Notes: a model not told the origin generated them from the letters alone. Positions 27,955-39,798 are shown, numbered from the stretch's first letter. The stretch: DNA of 64,000 nt from an uncultured Ignavibacteria bacterium (GCA_964576925.1 CAZNWJ010000010.1:2363-66362), one strand, 5' to 3'. Numbers and translations are program-made.

Positions 27955-27980
27955 GGGGGTCGAGCCCCCCACCTCCACCA
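27955..27980 (+). pseudogene. Degenerate 3' end (T-arm + acceptor strand + CCA) of tmRNA or tRNA-Ala; probable displaced attR copy
   Basis: GGGGGTCGAGCCCCCCACCTCCACCA: T-stem-like G5/C5 followed by CACCTCC-ACCA, which would pair with a 5' GGGGGTG giving the G3:U70 alanine identity pair. The T-loop is shortened. Confidence 0.65.
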
Positions 27981-27987
27981 AATCCTC

Positions 27988-28009
27988 CAGCGGGCTTTAG
28001 CAGCCCCTG
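27988..28009 (+). terminator. Hairpin following the tmRNA/tRNA 3' fragment
   Basis: CAGCGGGCT-TTAGC-AGCCCCTG stem with one bulge; no clear U-tract. Confidence 0.35.
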
Positions 28010-28019
28010 TGAGTTCAAG

Positions 28020-29130
28020 CTACTTTGTAACCCAAACACTGTTCTCATAGAAATTGAATTGATTGGTTGAAATATTGTAGATGATTATTCCATTGACCGC
28101 TGCCAGCAAGTCCCGCTGTCCCGTTGTCATGCGCGGAACGATTAGCGCTCTGGTCGTGGAACTGACATCCAGTGCTCCCGGCGGGTACCGCGGTGCCTAT
28201 CCCTACGCGCCCGTTTGTAAGTACTGAAACTACCTGAGATCCTGAGCCCAGTCCATTCGGCTTGTATAGTGAAAATGCGCCCGGGACACCGGCGTTGTTG
28301 TTGACGCCCAAGATCCAAGTTGTGCTATCCCCTTTGGCGCGATTTGACGATCGAAATCCAATGCTGGCCTCGGAGTTGGCTGCCGCACCAACGATCTCCG
28401 CACCACCCCAGTTACTCGAGCCGCGCACGACAAATGGCGACTGCGGATTTGTTAACCCCAGGCCGAGGCGGCCGAATTCGTCGATACGCATGCGCTCACT
28501 ATTCCATGTACCGAACAACATCGGGCCAGATTCATACTGCCACAGGAAGGCGGTTCGCGAACCATAGATCAGTGAGAATCCATCGAAAGTACCTGCACCG
28601 GTAGAATCCTGCGTCAATGACAGGCGGCTGCCGTTAATCCAGTTAATCGCGTCGTGAACGTGAAGCTGGGCAACGGGAGGCGCACTGATGCCGATTCCCA
28701 CATGGTCATTTTGGTTCGAAAGATGAACGTTGGAACCTTCGTCAACCCATCCGCCTGAATTCCCGGCAGCTATGGCAAACGGAACCGAGGCAATTCGTTT
28801 GCGCGGTAACAGTTCCGGATCACTGCCGACTTGTACGCCAAGGTGACGAACTGTGTCAGAGAACACACTCGATGCGAGTGGAACCACCGACCCAAGAAGC
28901 GTCGCGAATAGTCCGTCGGTTACGATCACGTTTTGCGTCTCCGACCATATAGCCGTGCCGCCGGATGCGACTGAGTAAACTGAAAATGTCACGGTGTAGT
29001 TTCCGTTTGCCAGCGGAAGACCTGCGCTGTCCGTCAGTCTTCCTTGATAGTTGACAAGATTCGGGGCCGCTGCATAGATGAGTTCGCAGACTGGAAGACC
29101 CGCCAAAAAGAGAAGAAATTGTGGCTTCAC
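28020..29130 (-). pseudogene. Secreted beta-rich repeat protein (VNYQGRLTD N-terminal family) with a +1 frameshift near 28178
   Basis: GGAGG RBS before GTG 29130; signal peptide. Removing one base from the CCC run at 28177-28179 restores ...PAGALDVSSTTRALIVPRMTTGQRDLL...FNFYENSVWVTK-stop (TAG at 28020-28022), a typical C-terminal motif for such proteins. Confidence 0.75.
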
Positions 29131-29196
29131 GAAGTGCCTCCGCTTACAGTAGAGTCTGTTTTTGTCGTCACTCAAGCACCGAACAACGAAAACTGA

Positions 29197-30564
29197 TTAC
29201 CGCTTTACACTTTCTGTCTGCCGAGCGTCCCGCAGCTCTTTCATTATCTCGGGTCGTCGTGCCCAGTCGATCGATTTCTCTGCGGGATGCCCGAGTGCCT
29301 CGGGACTAAGATAGAATCCCCGCTCGATATCGGGCTTCATCTCTTCGACTGGTATCCGGTGAGCGTTCGCGTAAGCGTCCTGCCGGATTCCGGTTACTTG
29401 CCATGAAACAGACAGGCCAGGGCTTCCACCCGCGATGCGGAACATGTTGCCGCGCACTCCTTCGGCGATATAAACGGGCGCATATCCCCCAACGCACGTG
29501 AGTTGATATCGGAAGTCTTTGTTCAATGCTCCGAACCATTCAGGCAGTTGAACCAGCGCCTCTCCCCTGGCGTCGAGAGTGACGATTCCATCATAGATGT
29601 TTTTCATATCCGGGCTCTCGACAAACGAGTGACTGAGATACTTGTTGGCCGGGTCCAGCGGGTGATCGATCTTGAACGCTCCTGCCAACTTACTGAGTGT
29701 ACCGGTCACATGAACATCGCCCGAGAAGAAACCTGCAAAGCCGTTAGCCGAGACTCCCCAAATGCCATACGAGGTTAGCGCGTCTGCCACTCCGGCTACT
29801 CCAGTGCCTGAAGTAGCAAATGACTGTCCTTTCACAGCTGTGACAAAAGACCCCGAAGTGAAGACGAGAAGTCTTGTCAACGTGGCTGGTGTGGTCAGGC
29901 CTATCCCGACACTGCCGAATTGACTAGCGGTCAGGGCTGGCCCGGCAGGCGTGTAGATATGCACATCGCCGAGGTATGAACCCAGATACATATCCTGATC
30001 GCCAGTGCTCCCGTCTCCTACATAGCCCACGTCTGTTCCTGCACCATCACGGAAACTTACCCAAGTATCATTTGCCGGCCCTACTGTCGAGCCCTGAAGT
30101 CTCAAACCTTCCTGCACCCCGTTGAGCGTCACCATCCCGGAAATCTCTCCTCCGGAGGCGCCGTCGACTGTTGCGACGCGATAAGCGTATGGCACCGCGA
30201 CCAGTAGCGTACGCGGTGTCAATTCCGGATCAGTACCGACTGTGATTCCAAGCCAACGATCGCCGCCAGCGAAGAGCTCATCGGAGAAGGGAACATCTTG
30301 TCCGAGCTTATAGGTGAATAGTCCGTCTTTTACCTGCACGATTCGAATCTGGCTGTCCCAGAGGGCTGTTCCGCCGGAAGCAACGTCATAGATTTGAAAC
30401 CTGAGAAAATGCGATCCATCCGCAACGGCAGTTCCTGCTGCGGTCGTAAGTCGCCCCTGATAGTTGACGATGCCGGGAACCGCTGCCTGCGATATTGCGA
30501 AGAGGGCATTTAGTATGATGATAGTAAGCAGCGTGGCGGTGGAATTGGTCTGAAAAGTTCGCAC
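29197..30564 (-). CDS. Secreted beta-rich protein, paralog 1 (VNYQGRLT N-domain; C-terminal FKIDHPLDP...HSFVESP domain as seen in tail-fibre-like proteins)
   Basis: GGAGG RBS, signal peptide, motifs shared with 30634-31977. Confidence 0.75.
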   Translation of the reverse strand: MRTFQTNSTATLLTIIILNALFAISQAAVPGIVNYQGRLTTAAGTAVADGSHFLRFQIYDVASGGTALWDSQIRIVQVKDGLFTYKLGQDVPFSDELFAGGDRWLGITVGTDPELTPRTLLVAVPYAYRVATVDGASGGEISGMVTLNGVQEGLRLQGSTVGPANDTWVSFRDGAGTDVGYVGDGSTGDQDMYLGSYLGDVHIYTPAGPALTASQFGSVGIGLTTPATLTRLLVFTSGSFVTAVKGQSFATSGTGVAGVADALTSYGIWGVSANGFAGFFSGDVHVTGTLSKLAGAFKIDHPLDPANKYLSHSFVESPDMKNIYDGIVTLDARGEALVQLPEWFGALNKDFRYQLTCVGGYAPVYIAEGVRGNMFRIAGGSPGLSVSWQVTGIRQDAYANAHRIPVEEMKPDIERGFYLSPEALGHPAEKSIDWARRPEIMKELRDARQTESVKR

Positions 30565-30633
30565 AGAGAACCTCCGTTTGAGATGATGTTGAATGCAGAA
30601 TTCGAATTCGATTGAACGGAAAACGTGGATTGA

Positions 30634-31977
30634 CTATCGCTTTCCACTTTCTGTTTGCCGAGCGTCCCGCATCTCTTTCATCAGCTCCGGCCGCCGTGCC
30701 CAATCGATCGATTTCTCTGCCGGATGCCCGAGTATCTCCGGAGTAAGATAGAATCCGCGCTCGATATCGGGTTTCATCTCTTCGACTGGTATGCGGTGAG
30801 CGTTCGCGTACGCGTCCTGCCGGATTCCGGTTATCAGCCACGATACCTCGAGGTTTGGGGTTCCACCGGCTATACGAAAGCTGTTATCGTGCACTTTTTC
30901 GGAGATATATACCGGCGCATACCCCCCAACGCACGTGAGCTGATACCGAAAGTCTTTATTCAACGCCCCGAACCAGTCGGGCAGTTGGACAGTCGCTTCA
31001 CCTTTGGCGTCGAGGGTGACGATGCCATCGTAGATGTTTTTCATATCCGGGCTCTCGACGAAAGAATGGCTGAGGTATTTGTTATCCGGGTCCAACGGGT
31101 GATCGATTTTGAACGATCCGGCGGACTTGCTCAACGTACCAGTGACTTGAACATTGCCGGAGAAATGTCCAGCTTGCCCGTTGAGCGAGCGGCCCCAAAA
31201 GGCCCATGCCGAATTTGCGTCGGCATGTCCAACCACTCCATCGCTAGAAGGATTCGCTGACCGTCCGTAAATGGCGGTGCCAAAAGCTCCCGAGGCGACA
31301 ACGTCAAGTCTTATCTGCGAGGAAGGTGTAGACGTCCCCACTCCGACACTGCCGGCTTGACTGGCAGTCAGTGCTGGCCCGGCAGGCGTGTAGACATGCA
31401 CATCGCCAACGTACGATGCCAGATACATATCCTGATCGCCAGTGCTCCCGTCTCCTACATATCCCAAGGCTGTTCCTGCACCATCATGAAAACTCACCCA
31501 AGTATCATTTGCCGGCCCGGCCGTATCACCTTGAAGTCTCAAGCCCTCTTCCACCCCATTGAGCGCCACCATCCCGGAAATCTCACCCCCAGAGGCGCCA
31601 TCGACGGTCGCGACGCGGTGAGCGTACGGTACTGCGACCAGCAGTGTCCGCGGTGTCAATTCTGGGGTGGCATCGATGCGCACTCCAAGGTACCGGGTGG
31701 TGCTGTTGAAGACGCTATCTGTCAGCGGCGTCGTCGAACCAAGTCGGACCGAAATGAGGCCATTGCTGGCAGTCAGAAACTGTGTTTCTGTCCAAAGAGC
31801 CGTCCCGCCACTGGGCACATCATAGATTGAAAAGTAAACAATGTAATCACCGTCCGGCACCGGAGTCCCGGCGGCATCGGTGAGGCGACCCTGATAGTCG
31901 ATCATGGTTGGGACGGCAGCAATTAGCTGACCGCACAGTAAGATTAGAGTGGACAAGAAGAAGAGACCGCGTTTCAT
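30634..31977 (-). CDS. Secreted beta-rich protein, paralog 2 (tandem duplicate of 29197-30564)
   Basis: GGAGG RBS before ATG 31977 (MKRGLFF signal peptide); colinear with paralog 1 at a constant 1437-bp offset at the positions checked. Confidence 0.75.
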   Translation of the reverse strand: MKRGLFFLSTLILLCGQLIAAVPTMIDYQGRLTDAAGTPVPDGDYIVYFSIYDVPSGGTALWTETQFLTASNGLISVRLGSTTPLTDSVFNSTTRYLGVRIDATPELTPRTLLVAVPYAHRVATVDGASGGEISGMVALNGVEEGLRLQGDTAGPANDTWVSFHDGAGTALGYVGDGSTGDQDMYLASYVGDVHVYTPAGPALTASQAGSVGVGTSTPSSQIRLDVVASGAFGTAIYGRSANPSSDGVVGHADANSAWAFWGRSLNGQAGHFSGNVQVTGTLSKSAGSFKIDHPLDPDNKYLSHSFVESPDMKNIYDGIVTLDAKGEATVQLPDWFGALNKDFRYQLTCVGGYAPVYISEKVHDNSFRIAGGTPNLEVSWLITGIRQDAYANAHRIPVEEMKPDIERGFYLTPEILGHPAEKSIDWARRPELMKEMRDARQTESGKR

Positions 31978-32415
31978 AACTCGAACCTCCAAATCAGAAG
32001 CAGAACGGTGTTAACGACGTTTCCATAAGCAGTTGTGGACGCGAAGCTCTGGGTATGCCGACAAGAGGTTTATGCGGCTGACAGAGTCCCCTCATAATAT
32101 AATACATGGGTAAATATAGTCCATGATAATTTCAAGAGAAATGGCTGCGTAGTCGAGCTTGCCCTAACGCCCTTAACGGCAGTGCAAAGGCCGTTCCAGC
32201 AGGATTGTGAGATTTTGGGGTAACAATCGCCGTTCGAAGAGAGCAACCTCAAGGGACTGCCGACAGCCGCCACAGGGAAGGCCTGCCGGATAGCCGCGGG
32301 GGAGTCGATGGTACGAAAGTTCTGACGGAGACCGTTATTTCTGCTTGCGCTGTGACCTTATTGTTGATAATTTCCCAGATAGGAATAATATGACAATTAG
32401 CGTGTCTCGAAATTC

Positions 32416-32865
32416 ATGAAATCAGTCAGGTCCGAAGAAGCGCGGCTGTTGGACAGCTTTGAGAGAGTCTGTCGGACTAAGGGACTCAGGATCACGCATC
32501 AACGGGTGGAGATCTTCAAGACTCTGCTCAAAGACTGCAACCATCCTACGGTAGAAGATGTCTTCAAACAGGTCCGCAAGCAGTTGAAGACCATCTCGCT
32601 CGATACCGTCTATCGGACCATCGCGTTGTTTGAGGAAACCGGGTTGATTCAGCGGGTTCATCATATCAACAACGCCTCGCGGCTTGACGTAAATCTTGCC
32701 AGTCATCACCACCTGGTTTGCACCCAGTGTAACAAGATCGAGGATTTCTACTGGCCTGATTTCGATCAGATGAAACCTCCCAAGGCAGTTGCGCATTGGA
32801 ATCAGACTCAAGTCAAACACGTCGTGATTAGCGGCGTGTGCTCGAGTTGCGGCAACAGCAAGTGA
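32416..32865 (+). CDS. Fur-family transcriptional regulator (PerR-like by context)
   Basis: GLRITHQR, HPTVEDVF, SLDTVYRT, HHHLVCTQC and CSSC motifs; directly upstream of katG. Confidence 0.9.
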   Translation: MKSVRSEEARLLDSFERVCRTKGLRITHQRVEIFKTLLKDCNHPTVEDVFKQVRKQLKTISLDTVYRTIALFEETGLIQRVHHINNASRLDVNLASHHHLVCTQCNKIEDFYWPDFDQMKPPKAVAHWNQTQVKHVVISGVCSSCGNSK

Positions 32866-32961
32866 GGGCAGTGCGCGACCGGAGTCATTCAGCAGGCACG
32901 CAAGAATCGGAAAATATGCTATCTGGTAATCGTCTGGATTAAATCACAGTTCTTTGTTTGA

Positions 32962-35163
<2,202 letters not shown>

Positions 35164-35185
35164 ACGGTCTATTCGTTCACAACTC

Positions 35186-35214
35186 TCGGGAGGTCGTTGT
35201 TGGCGGCCTCCCGA
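35186..35214. terminator. Hairpin between convergent katG and the FAD oxidoreductase gene
   Basis: TCGGGAGGTCGT-TGTTG-GCGGCCTCCCGA, stem with G:U pairs. Confidence 0.55.
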
Positions 35215-35305
35215 TTCTATTTGTGCGGATAGATTCTGCTCACTCAACCCGGTACTTGTTTCCCGGGAGAGCATCACTATCGGGGCAAAGTCATCCGCCG
35301 GCCGG

Positions 35306-36727
35306 CTACCGTGGTGCGATGTTTCGATTTGTCCTGAAGAAGTTCTTTGGGTCCCAGGCGGATTTGATCTTTCCCAGCCTCTTCAGGCTCTTGCCAAGGG
35401 CCGCGTCAACACGCTCCTGGCTTTCATCCTCAGTGAGAAAATTGACGTAATTTCCGCCAGTTGAGAATCCCTTCATATCGTTCCAGGCATCGCGCGCCCA
35501 AGCGAGATTTGCCGCGTCATCTTCCGGGCGTTCCCACGCCCCGGCAATGTTGAGGACATACCGCGCATCGCGATTACCAACGGGCGAATGTTCCGCGGAG
35601 ATACGATTGAGAGCTCCTTCGATCTGAAAGAAGATAACAGCTGAATGAGGTGACACGATTCGACCGGCATGCTCAATGAACTTGTCGCAGAGCTCCGGCT
35701 CAATCCTTGACAGATACTCGCTTTTCCAGTAATAACGGCGCCCCTGCGGCTGGGTCGCATCGAGTAGGGCCTGCATTTGTGAATATGGCCGGCGCACTAA
35801 GACGTCGCCTATCGGCTTACCGAAGGACTTGATTGGCTTGACAATCAATTCTCCCGAGGAGGCATCGCCACTATAACAGGCGAGGATTGCGATGATCGGC
35901 TTGCCGTGAACTTCTTTGGGAAGCCAGGGCGCAGGTGGGGCAGGGCGCATGATCGAAACTAACGTAAGTTCCGGCGGCGCCGTCGCGGCTAACTCGCGGT
36001 ACAGCTCAAGAACACCCCTGGCCTCGCTCGCCGGCCATGCGACCAGACCACCGACGATCTCCGGCCCCACAGGATACAGCTTATAGTCGATCCCGGTTAC
36101 TACACCGAAGTTTCCGCCGCCGCCGAGCAGGCCCCAGAATAGGTCGGAGTTTTCGGTTGCGCTAGCCCGCACCAACGTCCCTTCAGCCGTGACAACGTCC
36201 ATTCCGACTACGTTATCCGTTGTCCAGCCCCAGCGGCGTGTCAGGTAACCGAATCCCCCTCCCAGCGTGAGTCCCGAGATGCCTGTGGCTGAGACGAATC
36301 CAAGTATCGTCGCCAGGCCATGGAGTTGCGTCTCCCGATCGACGTCGCCGAGCAAGCAACCAGCCTGACAGTGGGCAACTTGCGCCTCTCTGTTAACCCA
36401 AACTCCACGCATTAATGAGAGATCGATCATCAGGGCGCCGTCCGCAACGGCCAAACCGGCGATGTTGTGTCCCCCGCCCTTGATACAAAGGAGCAGATTG
36501 TGCTCTCTGGCAAATCTCACCGCGGCCACGACGTCGGCCACACCCTGGCAACGAATTACCAGGCCCGGGTTGCGGTCGATCATGGCGTTCCATACAGTGC
36601 GAGATTCATTGTACCCGGGATCAGGAGGCAGCAGCACTCGCCCGCGAATCCGGGCCTTCAAGCCGTCAATCTTTTCTTGACCCAATTCCAAATCTGCGCC
36701 GTCCGTAGTCTTCATTTTCAGAGGCAT
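35306..36727 (-). CDS. FAD-binding oxidoreductase (vanillyl-alcohol oxidase/berberine-bridge-like)
   Basis: IKGGGHNIAG (His for covalent FAD), TGISGLTLGGGFG, YVNF and WDPKNFFR motifs. Confidence 0.9.
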   Translation of the reverse strand: MPLKMKTTDGADLELGQEKIDGLKARIRGRVLLPPDPGYNESRTVWNAMIDRNPGLVIRCQGVADVVAAVRFAREHNLLLCIKGGGHNIAGLAVADGALMIDLSLMRGVWVNREAQVAHCQAGCLLGDVDRETQLHGLATILGFVSATGISGLTLGGGFGYLTRRWGWTTDNVVGMDVVTAEGTLVRASATENSDLFWGLLGGGGNFGVVTGIDYKLYPVGPEIVGGLVAWPASEARGVLELYRELAATAPPELTLVSIMRPAPPAPWLPKEVHGKPIIAILACYSGDASSGELIVKPIKSFGKPIGDVLVRRPYSQMQALLDATQPQGRRYYWKSEYLSRIEPELCDKFIEHAGRIVSPHSAVIFFQIEGALNRISAEHSPVGNRDARYVLNIAGAWERPEDDAANLAWARDAWNDMKGFSTGGNYVNFLTEDESQERVDAALGKSLKRLGKIKSAWDPKNFFRTNRNIAPR

Positions 36728-37063
36728 AAGAGATTCCGCTTTCTGGCTGAATGCAAGTGTCAGCCTGTGGATGAGTGTTAATGGTCACCTGAGACACTGC
36801 GACATCGTCCCCGTGGCGGCAATTCGCCTTCGGATAGAGTCATCCCGCCATGGAGATTGATTAGCAGTTCGAACAGCAACTTACTCGATACATATTATCA
36901 AGTATATACCCCTACCCCGCCTCAAAGGTTTTGCAATTTTGAGCCAAAGCGGCACCGGCAGATGTACGCGAGTTCCGTATTTATCGGTCGATTCACTCGA
37001 TCTTTTCTTCCCGATTCCGATAGCAATCGCATATATTTGCGATGCAATTATGGGAAGAAAACC

Positions 37064-39328
37064 GTGACCGAGTCTGACGACAAAACACGAATCCACGCCA
37101 AATTGACGGCGGAGACGATGGTCGGCCACTATCGTATCGTCGAGAAGATCGGCGCCGGCGGAATGGGTGAAGTGTACCTGGCCGAGGACACCCGCCTCAA
37201 TCGACGCGTTGCCGTGAAGTTCATGCCCGAGCATCTGGCACGGGAGGAAGACCTCCGTCTTCGTTTCACCCGCGAGGCACAGGCTTCCGCAAAACTCGAT
37301 CATCCTAACATCGTGACCATCTACGAGGTCGGCGAGTTCATTGATCGCCCCTTCTTCGCAATGCAATACGTCGATGGTAGGCCGCTGAATCGCTATTGCG
37401 ATCAGGAATCCCCACAGATCGAGTTGATCCTTGGCATCGCTGCCCAAACAGCCGATGGTCTCGCCAAAGCGCACGCGGCGGGTATCGTGCATCGCGATAT
37501 CAAAGCGGCGAATATCATCGTCGATAATGATGACCGCCCCAAGATTCTCGATTTTGGCCTGGCGACCGTCCAGGGAGCGGATCTCTTGACCAAAGCTGGC
37601 TCGACAATCGGCACAATCGCCTACATGTCGCCGGAGCAGGCACAAGGGCGCGAACTTGACCAGCGCACTGACCTCTTCTCTCTCGGCGTTGTGCTCTATG
37701 AGATGATTACCGGGCGAACGCCGTTTCGGCGGTCAAATGACGGAGCCACGCTCAACGCGATTATCAATGAGTCGCCCGAACCCCTGGTCCGTTATCGGCC
37801 CGATGTTTCTCCGGAGTTACAGCGAGTCGTCAGCAAGAGCCTGGCAAAGAACCCCGCTGATCGCTACCAGTCCGCCGCCGAAATGGCTGCCGATCTGCGA
37901 GCGCTTATCCGGCTTGGGGATGCAGTGGAAAGCCGGACCACCGGCCGCGTCGCCAAGGTACGGCCGTCGATCGCCGTCTTGCCGTTTGCGAATATGAGCG
38001 CCGATCCCGAAAACGAGTATTTTTCCGACGGACTGACCGAAGAACTTCTCAACGTTCTTGCCAAAAGCCCTGAACTCAAAGTGACCGGTCGAACCTCCTC
38101 CTTCGCCTTCAAAGGCAAGCAGGAAGACCTGCGCTCAATCGGCCAGAAACTCGGAGTCGAGACCATTCTCGAAGGCAGTGTCCGCAAGGCCGGTACACGG
38201 GTTCGCATCACAGCCCAGCTCGTAAATGTCAGGGACGGGTTTCACCTCTGGTCCGAAACATACGATCGCGTACTTGATGATATCTTCGCCGTCCAGGACG
38301 ACATTGCCAAAGCCGTCTCCAGGGAGATGCATGTGACACTCGTGGGCATAAACGAGTCGCAGGCTCAGTTCAATCACGAGAGCTATGCCTTGATCTTGCG
38401 GGCGCAGTATGCGGCAGCGCTCATGACCAAGGAGAGCCTCGCTCTGGCCGTCGAGTTGTATTCCAAGGCCATTGACATCCAGCCCGACAGCGCCCGCGCC
38501 TGGGCAGGCCTTGCCAATGCCCTCGGTCACCAACTGGCCTACGGTCATGTCGATTACAACACGGAGTTCGCTCGGGGTGTGACCATTTTTGTACGTGCCC
38601 TGGATGCCGCGCACAAAGCGGTGGCGCTTGATGACAATCTTCCCGAAGCCCACGCGGCACTAGGTTTCGTCAAAGGTGCTTTGGAACTGCGCATTGCCGA
38701 AGCTGGCCGCGAATATCGCCGAGCCTACGAATTAGCTCCGAACAGCAGCCCGATTGTCGCGCTCGTCGCCCTCTGGGAGCTCTTGACCGGTAACTTTCCA
38801 GAGGCAATCCGGCTTGCCAAACTGGCCGTCGATCTCGATCCACTCGACCCCTGGGTACGCCGCGAACTCGGTCGGGTCTTGACCTTTGCGGGCCGCTACG
38901 ATGAAGCCCGGGAGGTCTTTGCCCGTGTGCGCGAGATGAGCCCGGAGATGACAGCTCTTGGCGTTTTCGAGGCAGCCATCGATCTGTTCCAGGGCAAGTT
39001 GGAAGAAAGTCTCAGAAAGGCGAATCGCGAGAAACTCGCGGGCTACCGCTGCTTCGTGACGAGTTCGGTCCTGTATGCCATGGGACGTAAAGAAGAGTCC
39101 GATCGCGATCTGGCTACGCTGATCAGCGAAGGCGAGCAGTGGCAATTCCAGATCGCCTGCGTCCATGCTTTTCGCGGTGAGACAGACCTCGCCTTTGCAG
39201 CTTTGGAGCGCGGGGTAGAAATCCGCGATGCCGGAGTTCCCCTGGCCAAAGTGCACCCGTTCCTGCGCAACCTGCATTCAGACCCGCGCTGGGAGCCGTT
39301 TCTTCGGAAGATCGGTTTGGCTGATTAG
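37064..39328 (+). CDS. Hanks-type Ser/Thr protein kinase with TolB-like/adenylate-cyclase-associated domain and TPRs
   Basis: IGAGGMGEVY, VAVK, HRDIKAANI, DFG and MSPE motifs; SIAVLPFANMS...YFSDGLTEEL domain. Start uncertain: ORF track gives 36857, GTG 37064 is more plausible. Confidence 0.9.
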   Translation: MTESDDKTRIHAKLTAETMVGHYRIVEKIGAGGMGEVYLAEDTRLNRRVAVKFMPEHLAREEDLRLRFTREAQASAKLDHPNIVTIYEVGEFIDRPFFAMQYVDGRPLNRYCDQESPQIELILGIAAQTADGLAKAHAAGIVHRDIKAANIIVDNDDRPKILDFGLATVQGADLLTKAGSTIGTIAYMSPEQAQGRELDQRTDLFSLGVVLYEMITGRTPFRRSNDGATLNAIINESPEPLVRYRPDVSPELQRVVSKSLAKNPADRYQSAAEMAADLRALIRLGDAVESRTTGRVAKVRPSIAVLPFANMSADPENEYFSDGLTEELLNVLAKSPELKVTGRTSSFAFKGKQEDLRSIGQKLGVETILEGSVRKAGTRVRITAQLVNVRDGFHLWSETYDRVLDDIFAVQDDIAKAVSREMHVTLVGINESQAQFNHESYALILRAQYAAALMTKESLALAVELYSKAIDIQPDSARAWAGLANALGHQLAYGHVDYNTEFARGVTIFVRALDAAHKAVALDDNLPEAHAALGFVKGALELRIAEAGREYRRAYELAPNSSPIVALVALWELLTGNFPEAIRLAKLAVDLDPLDPWVRRELGRVLTFAGRYDEAREVFARVREMSPEMTALGVFEAAIDLFQGKLEESLRKANREKLAGYRCFVTSSVLYAMGRKEESDRDLATLISEGEQWQFQIACVHAFRGETDLAFAALERGVEIRDAGVPLAKVHPFLRNLHSDPRWEPFLRKIGLAD

Positions 39329-39349
39329 CAACTGACGAGTGCCAGAGGC

Positions 39350-39700
39350 TTACCTGAGAGATTGCAGATATTCAACAAGAACGAGGGCGTGATTGCAGTC
39401 CGGATCGGCAGCGGCATACAATAGAGTTACTTTTTCTTTGTGCGATCGTTCAAGAAGCGCGCGAAGTTGCACTTCATGAGCAGCCAGTTCCTTGAAGTAC
39501 TTTTTCTTGAAGTCGGCCCATTTTGACTTATCGGCATGAATCCACTTGCGCAGTTCATTGGAGGGGGCGATCTCCTTCGCCCATTCATCCAAATGCGCCT
39601 TGTCTTTGCTGATACCGCGCGGCCACAGACGGTCGACCAGAACTCGATAGCCGTCAGCGCTTGTTGGCCGATCGTAGATGCGCTTGAGACCGATTGCCAT
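39350..39700 (-). CDS. DUF488/YeaO-family protein
   Basis: KRIYD...DGYRVLVDRLWPRGISK...WAKEIAPSNELRKW and VTLLYAA...NHALVL motifs. Confidence 0.9.
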   Translation of the reverse strand: MAIGLKRIYDRPTSADGYRVLVDRLWPRGISKDKAHLDEWAKEIAPSNELRKWIHADKSKWADFKKKYFKELAAHEVQLRALLERSHKEKVTLLYAAADPDCNHALVLVEYLQSLR

Positions 39701-39798
39701 TTCCAAAACTATACAGTTGCCCGCCTAAAGACGCCAGTGCAAATTTGCAATAGAAAGTTGGATCGTTTGAAAGAAGTCAATACTCTCTCGGAGCAACC

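Larger units (their letters stand above)
1..27980. mobile_element. Genomic island (left end outside window), probably a tandem accretion of at least two cassettes at an ssrA/tRNA 3' end
   Basis: Right boundary at a tmRNA/tRNA 3' fragment, duplicated att-like junction, excisionase-like gene, defence-type cargo, and apparent compositional contrast with the right half. No integrase in the window. Confidence 0.65.
27713..27980 (+). repeat. att-like junction, copy 2 (probable right end of the island)
   Basis: Shares exact 16-, 17- and 14-bp blocks with 6883-7104 (27756-27771, 27906-27922, 27941-27954). Contains a perfect 15-bp inverted repeat (27759-27773 / 27810-27824) around an IHF-like core, and tandem GGTCACA at 27903 and 27914. 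Confidence 0.75.

Noticed and set aside
27848-27980. Intact tRNA or tmRNA gene
   Set aside because: Only partial arms are present; there is no 5' acceptor strand, D-arm or tag-reading frame.
29197-31977. Diversity-generating retroelement template/variable repeat pair
   Set aside because: Both repeats lie in full-length genes, differences are not confined to adenines by inspection, and no reverse transcriptase is present.
32000-32415. Riboswitch or ncRNA, and a Fur/PerR box, in the intergenic region before the Fur-family gene
   Set aside because: Only short hairpins and AT-rich GATAAT-like words were seen; no family consensus could be matched confidently by eye. An Infernal/Rfam scan would be needed.
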